A DNA stretch of 64,000 nt from contig CM082593.2 in NCBI GenBank assembly GCA_040954595.2, positions 1,374,901-1,438,900 of the forward strand. Direction: 5' to 3'. Source of the stretch: Balanoglossus misakiensis (Eukaryota; Animalia; Hemichordata). The notes under the pieces are model-generated. The model was not told the origin of the DNA. It saw only the letters and a list, made by a program, of their open reading frames with translations, and made no database searches. Numbering within the stretch: position 1 is the stretch's first letter; each line of letters opens with the position of its first letter. A program made the translations under genes and the position numbers. This document shows, one piece after another, positions 13,701-26,500 of the stretch.

Positions 13701-15398
13701 TTCTCCCATTACTTAACAATGATTTTATGTCTTTCGCGATGACTTTCTATTTCTTTGAATAGCCCAAAATCGTTAGAATTTTGTAAGAGATGAGGCTTGC
13801 TCGTCAGTGAACTTCCAAATGATTCTCTTTCTCTTTTTTTGGTGGTGATGGTGGTGGCACTTTTCAGCTCGCGGTTCGACAAAACACCACGTCAAGGAGA
13901 CATGCAGCGACAGACAATACCACGGTTGCCGTGAGAAGAAGGGCGAGCATGATGGGATGCTGCGCGCGCGCGTGACGAAGGTAAAAAAATCGCGGGCGGA
14001 CAAATGAAGAGGGAGACGACGGTTCAGGAGGCTATGTTGATTGATACATTGTCGGCCAGTGTATTCGACATCATCCAGTCGCGTGCCAGGGTCCACCTGT
14101 CGCAGCTTATTTGCATAAGCGATGGCACCCCTAGGTGTAGATTTAAAATTTTAGTTGTTCACAAATTGTCGTGTGCCTTGAAATCGTTTTAATAATATGA
14201 AAAGGGATGGAGAATCGTGAAATTATTTTTATATAAAAAAGTAAAGTAAAGAAATGATTCTGTTCTGTTTTTATATCTGGTGTTCATCTTACAAGTCAAA
14301 TAAATGTAGAACTTAGAAGAAAAGAAAAATCAAATTATGGGGGGGGGGGGTAATATTCTCAACGAACTGCCTTGATAAAAAATAAACCAGGTAAAGGTCT
14401 GTGTGTTAAATACAGCACAACACTAAATCTTTGTTTCTATTTCAAAATAAAAGAAGTCTATATCGTGAACTTCAATTATCAGTAGGACGGGGGCACACGT
14501 ATTGGTGGGCGTGACCCAACATTCAAGAATGAGAAGACAAGCTATTATTGCAAGAGTTTAACTGTATACTCTTTCATTTCGTTCTACAATAAAAAAAAGA
14601 AGTGATTTGTCAAAACTATTCGATTGAGAAATGAAAGAGTAATCTATTGTTTTTTTCGACACGGAATGGACATTTTTCACAGAAGAAATTCTACTAATTT
14701 ACTTCGGAGTCGACAGTCATTTTAAATACGGCGTCGCCGTCACTGTTTGGCGTTGAATCGACGTGTTTGTTCTCACACAATGCCGACACGTTCTACATAC
14801 ACGTTCATCAACATCGCTGAGTTTATCATTTTCACCGACTGACTTTACAATACACTAATAACGTCCCGACGTCCGAGATGGTCAATCATTACACGCACCA
14901 GATAATTCACTTGTGACGTTTTGCGTTATCGCAATACAATCTCTCTAGACTGTGGTCTTTTCATACAGCGGCGAGGGCCAAACTGAGAAAATGAACTGTG
15001 TGTGCGCTCGCGTGTGTGACAGACAGACAGACAGACGGACAGACAGACAGACAGATACTGACAGTGAGAGATATAAGGGATGACAGATAAAGACAAACGA
15101 CAAAAATAAAGAAACACGGAGACGTGGGAGCAAAGGAGACAGAAAGCGAAACGGATCGGTCCATGTAAAATTTGACCTTTTCGATGAAGAACAAAAATGT
15201 GTAGATATGATGTAACGGTGTCTAATGACGTCACTTATGCTGAAAATGTCCCACTGTTTGATATGAGATTATTAAAAAACTTGTTCTGAGTTTAGAAGTC
15301 ATTGTTTTAATTTTTGACTCACATACACCATTGTCATGCTCGGGTTTTGACACCACATTATCGGGAATCTAGTCAATACTCGAATGTTGAGGAGATTT

Positions 15399-15474
15399 CA
15401 CGTGCGATCACGTGATTACATTGACGGCGGACAAAATACGGATGTGCTCACGTGATCAGGTGAATGGTCGCGTG
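15399..15474. promoter_or_regulatory. E-box cluster in the HELT proximal promoter
   Basis: CACGTG at 15399, 15409 and 15449, CAGGTG at 15457, CGCGTG (reverse CACGCG) at 15469; TATA-like TATTTATA at about 15592. Confidence 0.55.
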
Positions 15475-15789
15475 AGCGTCGTGTGGAATCCGCTGTTTCG
15501 GCTATAGTCGGAAATGATGTGCACCGACAATAGGCTAATACAGCCATTTCGACGTGACAGCCATTGTCAGTGTGAGCTAAAGAAGAAAATGTATTTATAT
15601 TTGGAACATTAGCAATCTATTCACACAAGGTGTCGGCTTGTAACGGGGCCCAATAACGAGTCTGCTGAACCACATTCGCGGAAAGAGCTCCGACAGAGTA
15701 CGCGCTACCCAGGCAACGACGCGGCAACACTCTCGTATTTTCGGAAGACCGCGAAATTAATGATACTGAGCTTCACCAGAAGTGAGAAA

Positions 15790-18700
15790 ATGACGTCTCG
15801 AAAACGTGAACGTGGGGTAAGATCGTTGTGTCAATTTAATCGTTTATACTTTTCATCGTGATATAACTTCATTGACCGCAGAATTATATGAATGAATTTT
15901 TGAAATAACATTAAGGGCTATACGTAACTCTTCATAATGTCCTGATCATATTTAGAACAGCAATTGCGGCATTTTTCAAATCAAAATCGAAAAAAAAAAT
16001 CATTTTCTGTAATACTGGCCATTTCATTCGAAGCACTTTTCTTGCCAACCAATTTATTGCTTCTTTGACAAGTAATGTGATTTTTATAATCCTGTTTTGG
16101 TGGTATTTGTACACTGATTTTTGTTTTCTTTTATTGACTGTAGGAACATACTTCTCATAAAGTGATTGAGAAGAGGCGAAGAGACCGAATCAACAACTGC
16201 TTATCTGAGCTGAGCCAGACAGTTCCAGCGGCTTTCGCTAAACAGGTAAATGACCTTTCTTAAGTCATTATGGAAAACGTGATTATCAAAAGCCACCTAA
16301 CTCCCATCTTTTAATAATCACCAATTCAGCTAAATTCGCCGTTCAAAAGCTACATTTATAATTGTTGAAAAGCAACTTCGTACAGGGAAGTACGATATAT
16401 TTAGCTAGACGTCTAATAGCCTCAGAAAAATCTATTATTGGGGTTACATAAAGCAACGTTTCGTTTTAGAATGAGAAAGCTGTAAAAACGCAAAAAACAG
16501 AAAGAAAGTCGCTTTTACATAGAGCGCTGGAAGCGTTCTGATATTTACGCGTTCAATGAACTGTCTGTTGATGAATTCACTCGATAGGAAACAAGGAGCG
16601 AATGAGCCACTGTACGACAACAGTTTAGTCGGATTAGCTGGGCTTGCCTTGTATAGAGGGCCTCGCGTGCATTTGTGATGGCCGGCCTTATGTTGAAGGC
16701 GGCAATCCTTTTCAGTTTTTACGACGGGCTATATTTTCCCTGAAGGTAGCCGGCGGAAGGCCCCCCGACAAAAACAAGAGAGTTGTGTGATGCGGCGCGG
16801 TGCCATGCTGCGCTTTCAGTGTCGGGGCAGGCAGGCAGGCAGGCAGGCGGGCGGGCGGGCACAGCTGACGCGCTGGACTACCTTTCACGGACGGAGATGA
16901 CGCCTTGTCATCTAATGTTGTTAGCACTCTCGGTTCGCTTTCCATACAAATATTCCGAACAATAGGGTTACGATAGAATGAAAAAAAAATGAAGTAAAAC
17001 GAATTTGCTTTCGATCGCATCTCTGATGAAGACGAGAGCTTCATTTCTAGTGGCTTCAAAGATCGCCCTTGCTAACTTATAGATAACGGAAACAGATAGT
17101 AATTGCGAAAAACTTTTGATGTGATCGAATAATAAAACGTGTGAATCAGTTTTGCTTATTATCAGGTCTTATAGAACTGTATAAACGCACACAAAATTGT
17201 TCGCATACTCACGTTTTTTTTTGTATATATCATATACATATAGATATAAATATATAATATATAAACAGATTGAGAATTATAATTTTGTTCCGATTACGCA
17301 ATTTTAAATAATTTTAAATCAATCTAAATGGATAATTATTTTCTTTGTACAAATACAAAGGGCTGTTCGCGTTGATCAACTGCTTCGCGAGTAACACGCG
17401 CACTTGTCTATGTTATCAGTGTCTGGTGCATACCTGTCGGTCATGCCACATGTACAGTCAAGGTATCTAGTGGGTTTTGGGTAGCCCTGTGTTTCCCATG
17501 CCTCGTTCCCGCCATATCCGTCTGCACTTGCCGCCCGGCGTCGGAGACAATTGGCCGGCACCCCGGCAAATGACGCACGCCTATTATGACACAGACAATC
17601 TTGGCCAATTGACGCAACAGGCCACGTGGATTAATTAGTAAATTAATCAACTCAATTCAGGGGTATGAAAGAAGTTTCAGCAAGAAACTGCAGCCAGATT
17701 ATGGCCAAAGCACGCTGGCACGTTTTGTGCGTCAAGTTATTGGCGAGGATTAGCGACTACACACCCAGGAGTATGCTCGCATTCGTCACAGCTCCAACCA
17801 ATCAAAAACATCCCTCATTTCTAACAAATTACAAATTCTTTCCGTCATCTGTTTACTCAGATGTGCAATATTTCTCCTCACTTTTAATCACTATTCGCCC
17901 CCTCTCTCTCTAAAAGATATCCGAGTTATAAAAAAAGAAGTTTACGACGATTTTAAACTAAGACAAACATGATTACTTTTACAACGGTGATGCGAAAGCA
18001 AAACGGAAAACATTACAGCACCTGTTCTTAGGCTGAAATGCATTTGCCCGTTAGATGTACGACTAAAGGGGGGTTAATTAAAACATATGTTTCAATAACA
18101 TCAAATAGGTTCTTTTGACAGAAATGGCCGAAAAGATTTACTATTTGCGTCTCTGTTGACTTGTATACATCCTGTGACATAAGCTATAATAATGAGAAAT
18201 CGACAACTCATCAACTGACAACAGTTTGAAAGTCTGTGTGCATTTCACATGATACAAGGCCTCTAAATAACAGCAGTTGGCACAATTCATGCAATTCCGG
18301 GTTTTACCAATAAAGATTAACTTGAATATTGAGTTTATAAAAAAAGGGTTGATTTTCACGTCCGTCACCATTTATTGTCCGTAGTGTACGAAAACAAACA
18401 CTGCTATTGTTGGTGCGATTCTAGCCGTATTATAAATGCACGCCGCGCTCATCGGCCGGCCGGACACACGCGTGCGCCTAATGAAACATTTAGCATATTA
18501 TTAACTGCCTTTCATCGATATGAATTAGTTTACGGCATTAAACGCCTGACATAATTGATGATCCCAAAAGAAATTAGAATTCCCGCGGCCCTAATTCTTT
18601 GGGAAATGGATTCTGACCTTGAAGTCTCCTTTAAGAAGAATATGTCCCAGGGGTACAGCGAAGTTCAAAAGTAGCCGGCACTGTTTTAAAAAGAAAGTTG

Positions 18701-21265
18701 TTTGTAGCACAGGGAGCGCATATCGACCACATCATTGTGGTTGTGGGAAGGGTGTTTCAAGTAGCAATTTTAGTGTACCATCTGAAAAAAGTTCTTGGTC
18801 GGAACAGTAACCCTTTCCGTCTGTACATGCCCCCCTTTTCAGCCCTTATACCCACGAAGCCACTGATTTAGAGACGCATCTTTACGTCGCACCGTTGACC
18901 AAAATAAGCGCTCTGGTGGACCTTTTGTCGTTTTCTATCAATTCATTTGAACATAGAGTCCCTTTAAAATTCTGTTACTTATTTGTCAACTACATTATGT
19001 GTGTATCATCAAATCCCACACGATGACGATCCCCAACACATCTCAAACTTAATTTAAATTTCATTAGTCACGGTAGCTTGGAAAACGCTAACAACATAAT
19101 TGTTCCACGATCGGCAAAGTATTACTACCATAGCTTAAATTATTATACCACGGAGGGCGCAACTGTTGCCTCACATCCGGGTCCGAATTTCAATTTTCAT
19201 TTGTTCATATGAACAAAAATTCAAAGACAAAAGTTTTGACAGCCACGTGGTTAAAATACCATAGAGGGAATTTCGCAGAACGATGCGTCATCTTAAGGCA
19301 AACAGAGTGGGGAATAAATTTTAATTTCAATATAAAACTAGATGAAATTTTCAAAGGATGTGAAACAAAGCTTTAAAGAATCCGACAATCATAAAAATGT
19401 GTAATTTAAAAGTCGGTACGGGAATGATACTCCGTTTCCTGGCAACGAGTGAGCTGACGGCGGCGCAAGAGATCACATTTTTCAAACCATATTTTGGTGC
19501 AAAGCTGTTGCGTATACTTTCACAACTCCAGCTGTTTGTTTTCGCACTTAACTTTCAAATCCCTGCAGATGACACAGGGTTTCCAATAATTCGAATAACT
19601 CTCCGCTGCCACGTCTGTCTAACCGGCCAAAAGTTGTTTCAATGCCGAGAACAACACGACGTAGCCAGACGTACGTATACGCGAGCGTGTTTTTGTCACC
19701 ACTCTCCGGCGTCGTCCAATCACAGTCGAGCAAGCTGCTGCGCCCAGTCAATTTATTTTCCGCGCTTTCAACAATCGAATTAATCTAACATAAAGAATAG
19801 CGCGCTTGTCTAGAATCCATCTTCAAAAATATCGTTTTATTCATCGAAAAAATGAAGTGCGCCACATTGTACTCCGTCTCTCTCATTTTTTTTTCAAAAA
19901 TCTTAGACTTCAGCCAAAACCGTAGTATTATAGAAAGCTTCGAGTTATAATAACTATGATTGAAACTATCACTTAAGCTTTGTGAAGTCAGCTCCATTAG
20001 TTGACAAATATTAATTATTACCAAATTAGCATGATTATAAATAAAATTTTATTTTCGCTCACATAGAAACTTTAACGAAAATCTCCAAATATTTTCCACA
20101 TCATTATGCATATTCAAAGAGATTTGAACTGGGGGAAACTGCAGTATCGTGGAAGAAGCTGGACTTAATAACTATCAAGGCAATCTCAATTAGTGTGTTT
20201 GTTTTTTCTTCTTTTTTTAAGACGTCCGGAAAGCTAGAAAAGGCTGAAATCTTAGAGATGACGGTGGAATACTTACGCGCAATACAACGCACTGGACTGA
20301 CAGCGAAGTTTGAAAACGGTATGTAAACTCGGACAATAGTCAAACAAAAATGCGCAGCTCTAGCTGCGTTTGAAATTGTGGATGACTGCTCGTCCCAGCT
20401 ATGGTAACAATCGGTCGAGTTATTTGTAATGTTAACTTTTTCTACTTGTGTGATATTCGATACTTTTATTTTCATGTGGCCAGGTTATGCCCCGGAGAAC
20501 GTGACACAAGAGTTTTACACGGAATTGGCTCAACATCACCAATCAGGCTACAACGATTGCATGCGAGAAATTGTCCGTTATTTAACAGACCTTGAGGGCA
20601 TCGACACAAGCGACTCGCGGTGCGTGAGAATCATGGCCTATCTTCAGCAACGCTATCGACCAGACTACATCTCCATGGCCAACACGGCTTCGATGGCGAA
20701 CGCCTCCTCGTCCGAGCATGCGCGCCCCGAGATGAGCAATGGTTATACGTCTTCGCAGACTCACATGTCTTCCTGTTCGTCGTCCAAGTCGCTTTCTACT
20801 GAGCAGTTACATTCATCATCATCCCTACACCAACCTGCGCATGCCCACCACCATCACCACCACCACCTGTCCGGACTTCACAGATGCAACGCGCATGCCC
20901 ACCACTTCTGTTCATACACCATGCCTTCTAACATCTCGAACTGCGAACTTAAAAACACACCCGCTCTCATTTCGGGATGCTCGGGAATGTTGGCATCCTC
21001 CTGCAGCGTTGCCATGCCGACGCCCATCAAAGCTGCGAGTCCGCTGTACGCGACACCCTCGACAGTCGCCGGACCAGTCGGTAATCTGAAGCCTGGCCAT
21101 GGCAACCACTGCGTCCCGGCAGCTTTCAGCGCAGTCAACTCGACCAGAGTAAAACCTTTACAGTCGCACTTCCCGTCCTTGATGACGTCACATATGACGT
21201 CATCTACACCGCTGTCAGTTGCATCGTCGAATGGAATATTATCTCATTCACTTGTGGTGCCTTAA
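15790..21265 (+). CDS. HELT: Hairy/E(spl)-related bHLH-Orange transcription factor Helt (Heslike/Megane)
   Basis: Exons 15790-15816 (MTSRKRERG), 16144-16245 ([34 protein letters not shown]), 20222-20318 ([21 protein letters not shown]) and 20484-21265 (Orange domain [13 protein letters not shown], poly-His). The [14 protein letters not shown] basic region and the absence of a C-terminal WRPW match Helt. Confidence 0.93.
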
Positions 21266-23533
21266 ACATGGGTGAAGTTCAACGACTTCACTGGGATCGT
21301 GCAATTATTTATAGCAAAAAAAAACGGCATAATTACTCACAAAAAAATGAAGAGCAATCGATACACAGAACAAAAAAGCTCACTGCATGTTTAAAACAAA
21401 GAGGACTTACGCCGAACGTGTTCTATGTTGAAGTTTAAAGTCGACGGTTGCTCATATTTATTTTATCATTATTGGCCATCGATATGCATAATTACTGCTG
21501 TTGAGCTGCTTATGTCGAGAATTTAGAATTAAGTTGGTTCCGAGATTTAAGTGTGCAATGAATTAAAAATACTTGCTTTCGACTCGGACACACCAATTAT
21601 TCAACCTCAGAAAGCCGTTTCTTGCCATTACGGATATAATGACCTACTTTCGTTTGTTTTTTATTTATTGGCTTGGGAACGAATGTTGTCTTTGAAACAA
21701 ATCGATAAATTGAGTATAAGCATATGCATGCATGTATGTATTTAACCTTTATAGAGAAAAATTATATTTTATTTAGTGGAGCTGTATTCAAGCGTACAGC
21801 CGATATAGAGATGTGAATATCACCCTATTTACCCAATGGTTTGTTTATTTGTTGTCTTCTGGAAATAAAAACAAAAGAAACTCACCCATTTTGTATGTAG
21901 CCTACTTGCATTTTCTCACTCAGTCACTCAGTTTCTGTTGCAGAATTATACTCCAGATTCTAGCCGTTGTACTCGGGGGCGGACTCTCTTTAGATTTATC
22001 TCCTGTGAAAAATAATAATGGAATATCAGTACTTTTGACATGGCCCCGAGAAAAAGTATACACCATCGCTGTCTGTGAGGGCGCTCTGTGCCCGGCTACA
22101 TGTTGGTCGTGTTACCCGAAAATCTTCCATGTGACATGATCGTAGGAGCATTTTAGTGCCAGTGAAATTCAAGAAATATACTGAATCTTCCATGCTTGCG
22201 ACTTGACCAGCTCAGGCTGTCTGCATCTCAGTGGAATTATATGTAAAGTGCTTCAACAGAGAACATTGTCAATTAGCCTAATCCAGTAGCTGCAGCTTTC
22301 AAGTTTCAGGACATTCAATATAATGATCGTGTTCTCGTTGAGGATATTTGCCTAACGACCCTGAACATGTTCTATTCACCGTTTTAATAAACCCCGGAAA
22401 ATTATATATATTCATTTTGCTTACTTATGAGTGAGCGGTCGAATAACCGGGAACTTTTGATGTATTGTTGTTTTCAAGGTTGGCGTTACACGTGTCCGCA
22501 ATTTGTGCTGTAGACAACAAAAGCATGCGAATCCTTGAATTTCGTGTATGACCTACGGAACGGTGAACAAAATGAATCGGGTTTGTCTCCGAGGCAAGGT
22601 TTTGTCTTCGCCTCAATATGTCGACGTTTCTTCTTGCGAAATGGGCTGAGATAGTGACTCGTTGACGTGACAATTAATAATCATCGGGTGTTTTTACTCC
22701 TGCAAAACTTAGTAGCATCACCGTGACTCAGGGTGTTTGCGAACAACATAAACTGCGGCATAACATAAACTTAAGTAGATTTTCGTCTCATTGTCTTTCA
22801 ACATGTTCAAGTCATCTTTTTCGTTGACAGTAAATTGAACGCAAACTTGCATTGGCCTATGTCATCCTTGAGGAAAGATTAATTAGCGACGTGAAAATTA
22901 TGCCAAGGAAATGCGCACGTTGCTTTCTATTTCCATTGTCTGGGTTTATAAATACGCGCAGTAAATCACAAATAATACGGCGAAGACCGTACTGTCCTAC
23001 GTGTTATTGTTATCGTCCTGTTGTTCATTTGTCTACGAGGTATGTTTGTTTTCAGTGGCGTTGATGTGGACAACGATGACGTCACCTATTGTGTGTTGGT
23101 TTATGCAGGGTCACGTGACTCTGTGTTGTTGGAGATGGCTGTACATCCGGGGATTTAAGGGTATCGCCGTCTGACATAGTTGATCGTGAAATTCTACAAC
23201 TGGGGTGGTGACATGAAAACCAGGACGATTTGACATTCTCACACCTAATCGCAACCCGGCTACGGGTCAGCAGGGGGACTGTTTAAATCGGTTTTTCTAC
23301 TCAGATGCGATAATGGTGTAGTTTTCGAGCCATAATCTGGTAAAATGGTGAAATAGACAGTGGTGTGTTATTGTGTATGTAGTGTGAAAATCCAAGATGG
23401 CGACTTACTGCTGTCGAAGGTGGTGACGCCAGGTCGATCGGAGTGTATTTAAGCCCTACAGCAACGTTTGGTCAAATTTGCGTGGCGAAGTTCACTCATA
23501 TGGTTCTTGATCGAATGTTCACTGGTGCTGCCA

Positions 23534-26500
23534 ATGGATATCATGGAACTGTTTATCGAAACACTGACCGGAACGGCGTTCGAACTTCGAGTGTCGCCGT
23601 TTGAGACGGTGATATCTGTCAAGGCAAAGATTCAAAGACTTGAAGGTAAAACACAAGTTTAGTTCATGTAAAAATAACCGACTTAAGAGACCCCATCACC
23701 TTTGCACTCTACTGCCAATTATATTTCGCAAGTGTTAACTGCGTTGATCGTATTTTAACAGGACACTGTTATGATCGTGTCAATATCACAAAACGCCCAC
23801 CCCCACAAATATTGACAATGCTGTGTCGCATGTACTGATCGCGATGCTAGATGTTATGTTGTCTACTAAGAGCTCTGTTTTAAAAGTACTCAATTTTGTG
23901 TCTTTCAGGTATACCTATATCACAACAACATCTTATATGGCAGTCAACAGAGCTAGAAGATGATTATTGTCTTAATGATTACAGGTATTTCAAAACAACC
24001 ATTCTTATCATTTGCAAAACATACATAGTACATAACTGTGGCAAGAAACATACAAGCAAAGTGATTAAGTTGAGGGAATCACAAGTCTCATGATGCAACA
24101 TTGCAGACATGTTACAGGAAGGTATAACTTAAATGCAAATTACAGCATTGCTGATACAACTAATAAATCTAATCATGGTACATTATTTTGTTGCAGTATT
24201 ACTGCTGGGAGTACACTGAAATTGGTTCTTGCAATGAGAGGTGGCCCAATCAATACCAGAAGAAGTAAGTACATGAATGTTTGTATATAATTCCATCAAA
24301 GCTAGAGATGCCATCTTTCTCTTGATGGAAATCATCACTGATTTAAAACTACTCAGTATATAGATTGGTAGATGGAACCATTTGTTGGCAAGGCCAAGCT
24401 GATGGAATGTTGTAGGTCTGTATCAGAGACAAATCTTCCAGTCTGCCGTGACATTCCAAATGATCACAAATGCTACTGAGAAAGATATGCTCATTAACAA
24501 CAAATGTCGCAGTACACTATGTACATAATGGAAACACAAAAGACCAACAAGCTCAGACAAGACCTCCCTGTCAAAAAAGCAAATCACACTTTTGTTGCAA
24601 TCTTCGAGTCTTTTGTACAGCCATTGGGCATATTGTTCAGGTTCGTATTTGATTACATCAAGGCAGTTGTGTTTGAACAACCTCCTCTGCGATGGCGGTC
24701 TCAGTCTGAGCGACAAGAATTTGTTTTGTGTGTACCTACCCCACTTGGTGTTTGACTGGATATTTTACAAGCAATAAACGATACAATTGTGGTATTCTGT
24801 ACTTTTGTACAATTTAATGCTCCTGTTGTTTTGTAATAAAATGAATTCCAACTTTTTCATTGTTTCAGTACCTATGGAAGACCCTGCCATCAGAGAAATG
24901 ACAGAGTATATGGAGGCCAATAAAGACGAAATCTGGGAGAAGCTGCCGGGCAATAGACAAGTAACCCTGCTGGTTTTCCGAGAAGGAGACCAGCTTAATT
25001 TTTTCCGAGTGGTTGATCGGGGAGATGGCACTCTTACTCCTCTGTCTGAATCACTCAGGTTTGTAAAGAATATATCTGTTTTCCTCTAGAAAAGGGCCAC
25101 CGCAAATTATATTTTAAATTTTCCATGACGAAAATGTAAAGGTCAAAACAGGTATCTGATATTGGATAGTCTGTGATTTTTTTTGTGTTTCCACTGAAAG
25201 AAACAACATGATTTGATTAGTTTCCTGCATCCTTTATTTGTGAAATGAAATAAAAGGATGTTGAGTTTAGTGTTATCAAAGGGAAAAGGTTGAACTATTT
25301 TTAGTCTGTATAGTAATACCTGTGTATGCGGTCTCACACAATGCTTTGTATGTGATTTGAGTGGGTGTACTGTACTTTTGCAAAGGAAGGCCAACCATTG
25401 TTAGTGTTCAGTATCACCCACAGGTGCCACGGCCTTCAAGGAAAGTTGGACTCGGCTTGATAACCTTGTGCTCCTTTGTAAAGATCTACTTGTCAGATCC
25501 TGTTTGTTTCGGGCTGACAGTTGTCACTTCAAGACGTCATGTCTCAGAAGGATGTTAAAGAAACAAACAGCATTAAAAAATAATGACTGGACAGAAAGAC
25601 AGAAAATGAACAGTGAACAATAAATTAAAAATTTTGTTATCCCTTGCCCCCACTCAGCGGTGCTTCCATGTATAATATGTACGATGAGGAAGAAGAAGAG
25701 CAAGAATCTCCTTCTCAAGAACAAGTTCAAGAGAATGATGTCACTATGAACAAAATGAAACTCTTGAGGGCAAAAATGGAATCAATGTCCCTCACTAAAA
25801 AGGTAGGTACATGTGTTGGTGAGAACATCATTAGTAATATCCATGCCTTAGCAAGGGTTTAGAGAGCCTGTAGAACACAATAAATAACACACTGCCTTTT
25901 CTTACAAGCTACTTATTCGGAACAAGTTTGACTTACTTTTGTTTTTATGCATAAACACAGAAGAAGAAACCCAGACCGCCTTCATCAGGGAGACCAAAGA
26001 GCAACAAGATTCGGCGGAGAAAATACACAGGACACACATCTTCAGGGCAAACCACCTTGATGAAAAGCAGTCCACTACCACCGGTCAGAACGCAACATCA
26101 CAACACATATGTAGATGATTCTAGGAGTAAAATAATACCTCAGCCCCACCCTCCTCACTATACATCAGGTTATGTGGACACCACATCTGATTCAGACAGG
26201 AATAGTCCAGTACTGTCAGGCACCTCCAAACGGACCTTAGAACGGATAAGCAGTGGAAAAGTCAGACGTGCCACAACAACCCATATTCGACAGTCGGCGC
26301 ACAGCCCGGTACCATCGACGACGATGACCACTAAGAGGACTTTAGACCGCTTACCCAGCGGCAAACTCAGGCACTCCAACGCAAACTTGGACTCCTCAAT
26401 GAACGGGACATTGAAAATGAGACCGAACACATCATCCAAATTGCAAACGCTAAGCCCTGCTAGAAATAACGATGTGATGACGGAATCACAGCGGAAAACC

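Noticed and set aside
17015-17070. CTGATGA hammerhead-like core
   Set aside because: No correctly placed GAAA or flanking stems.
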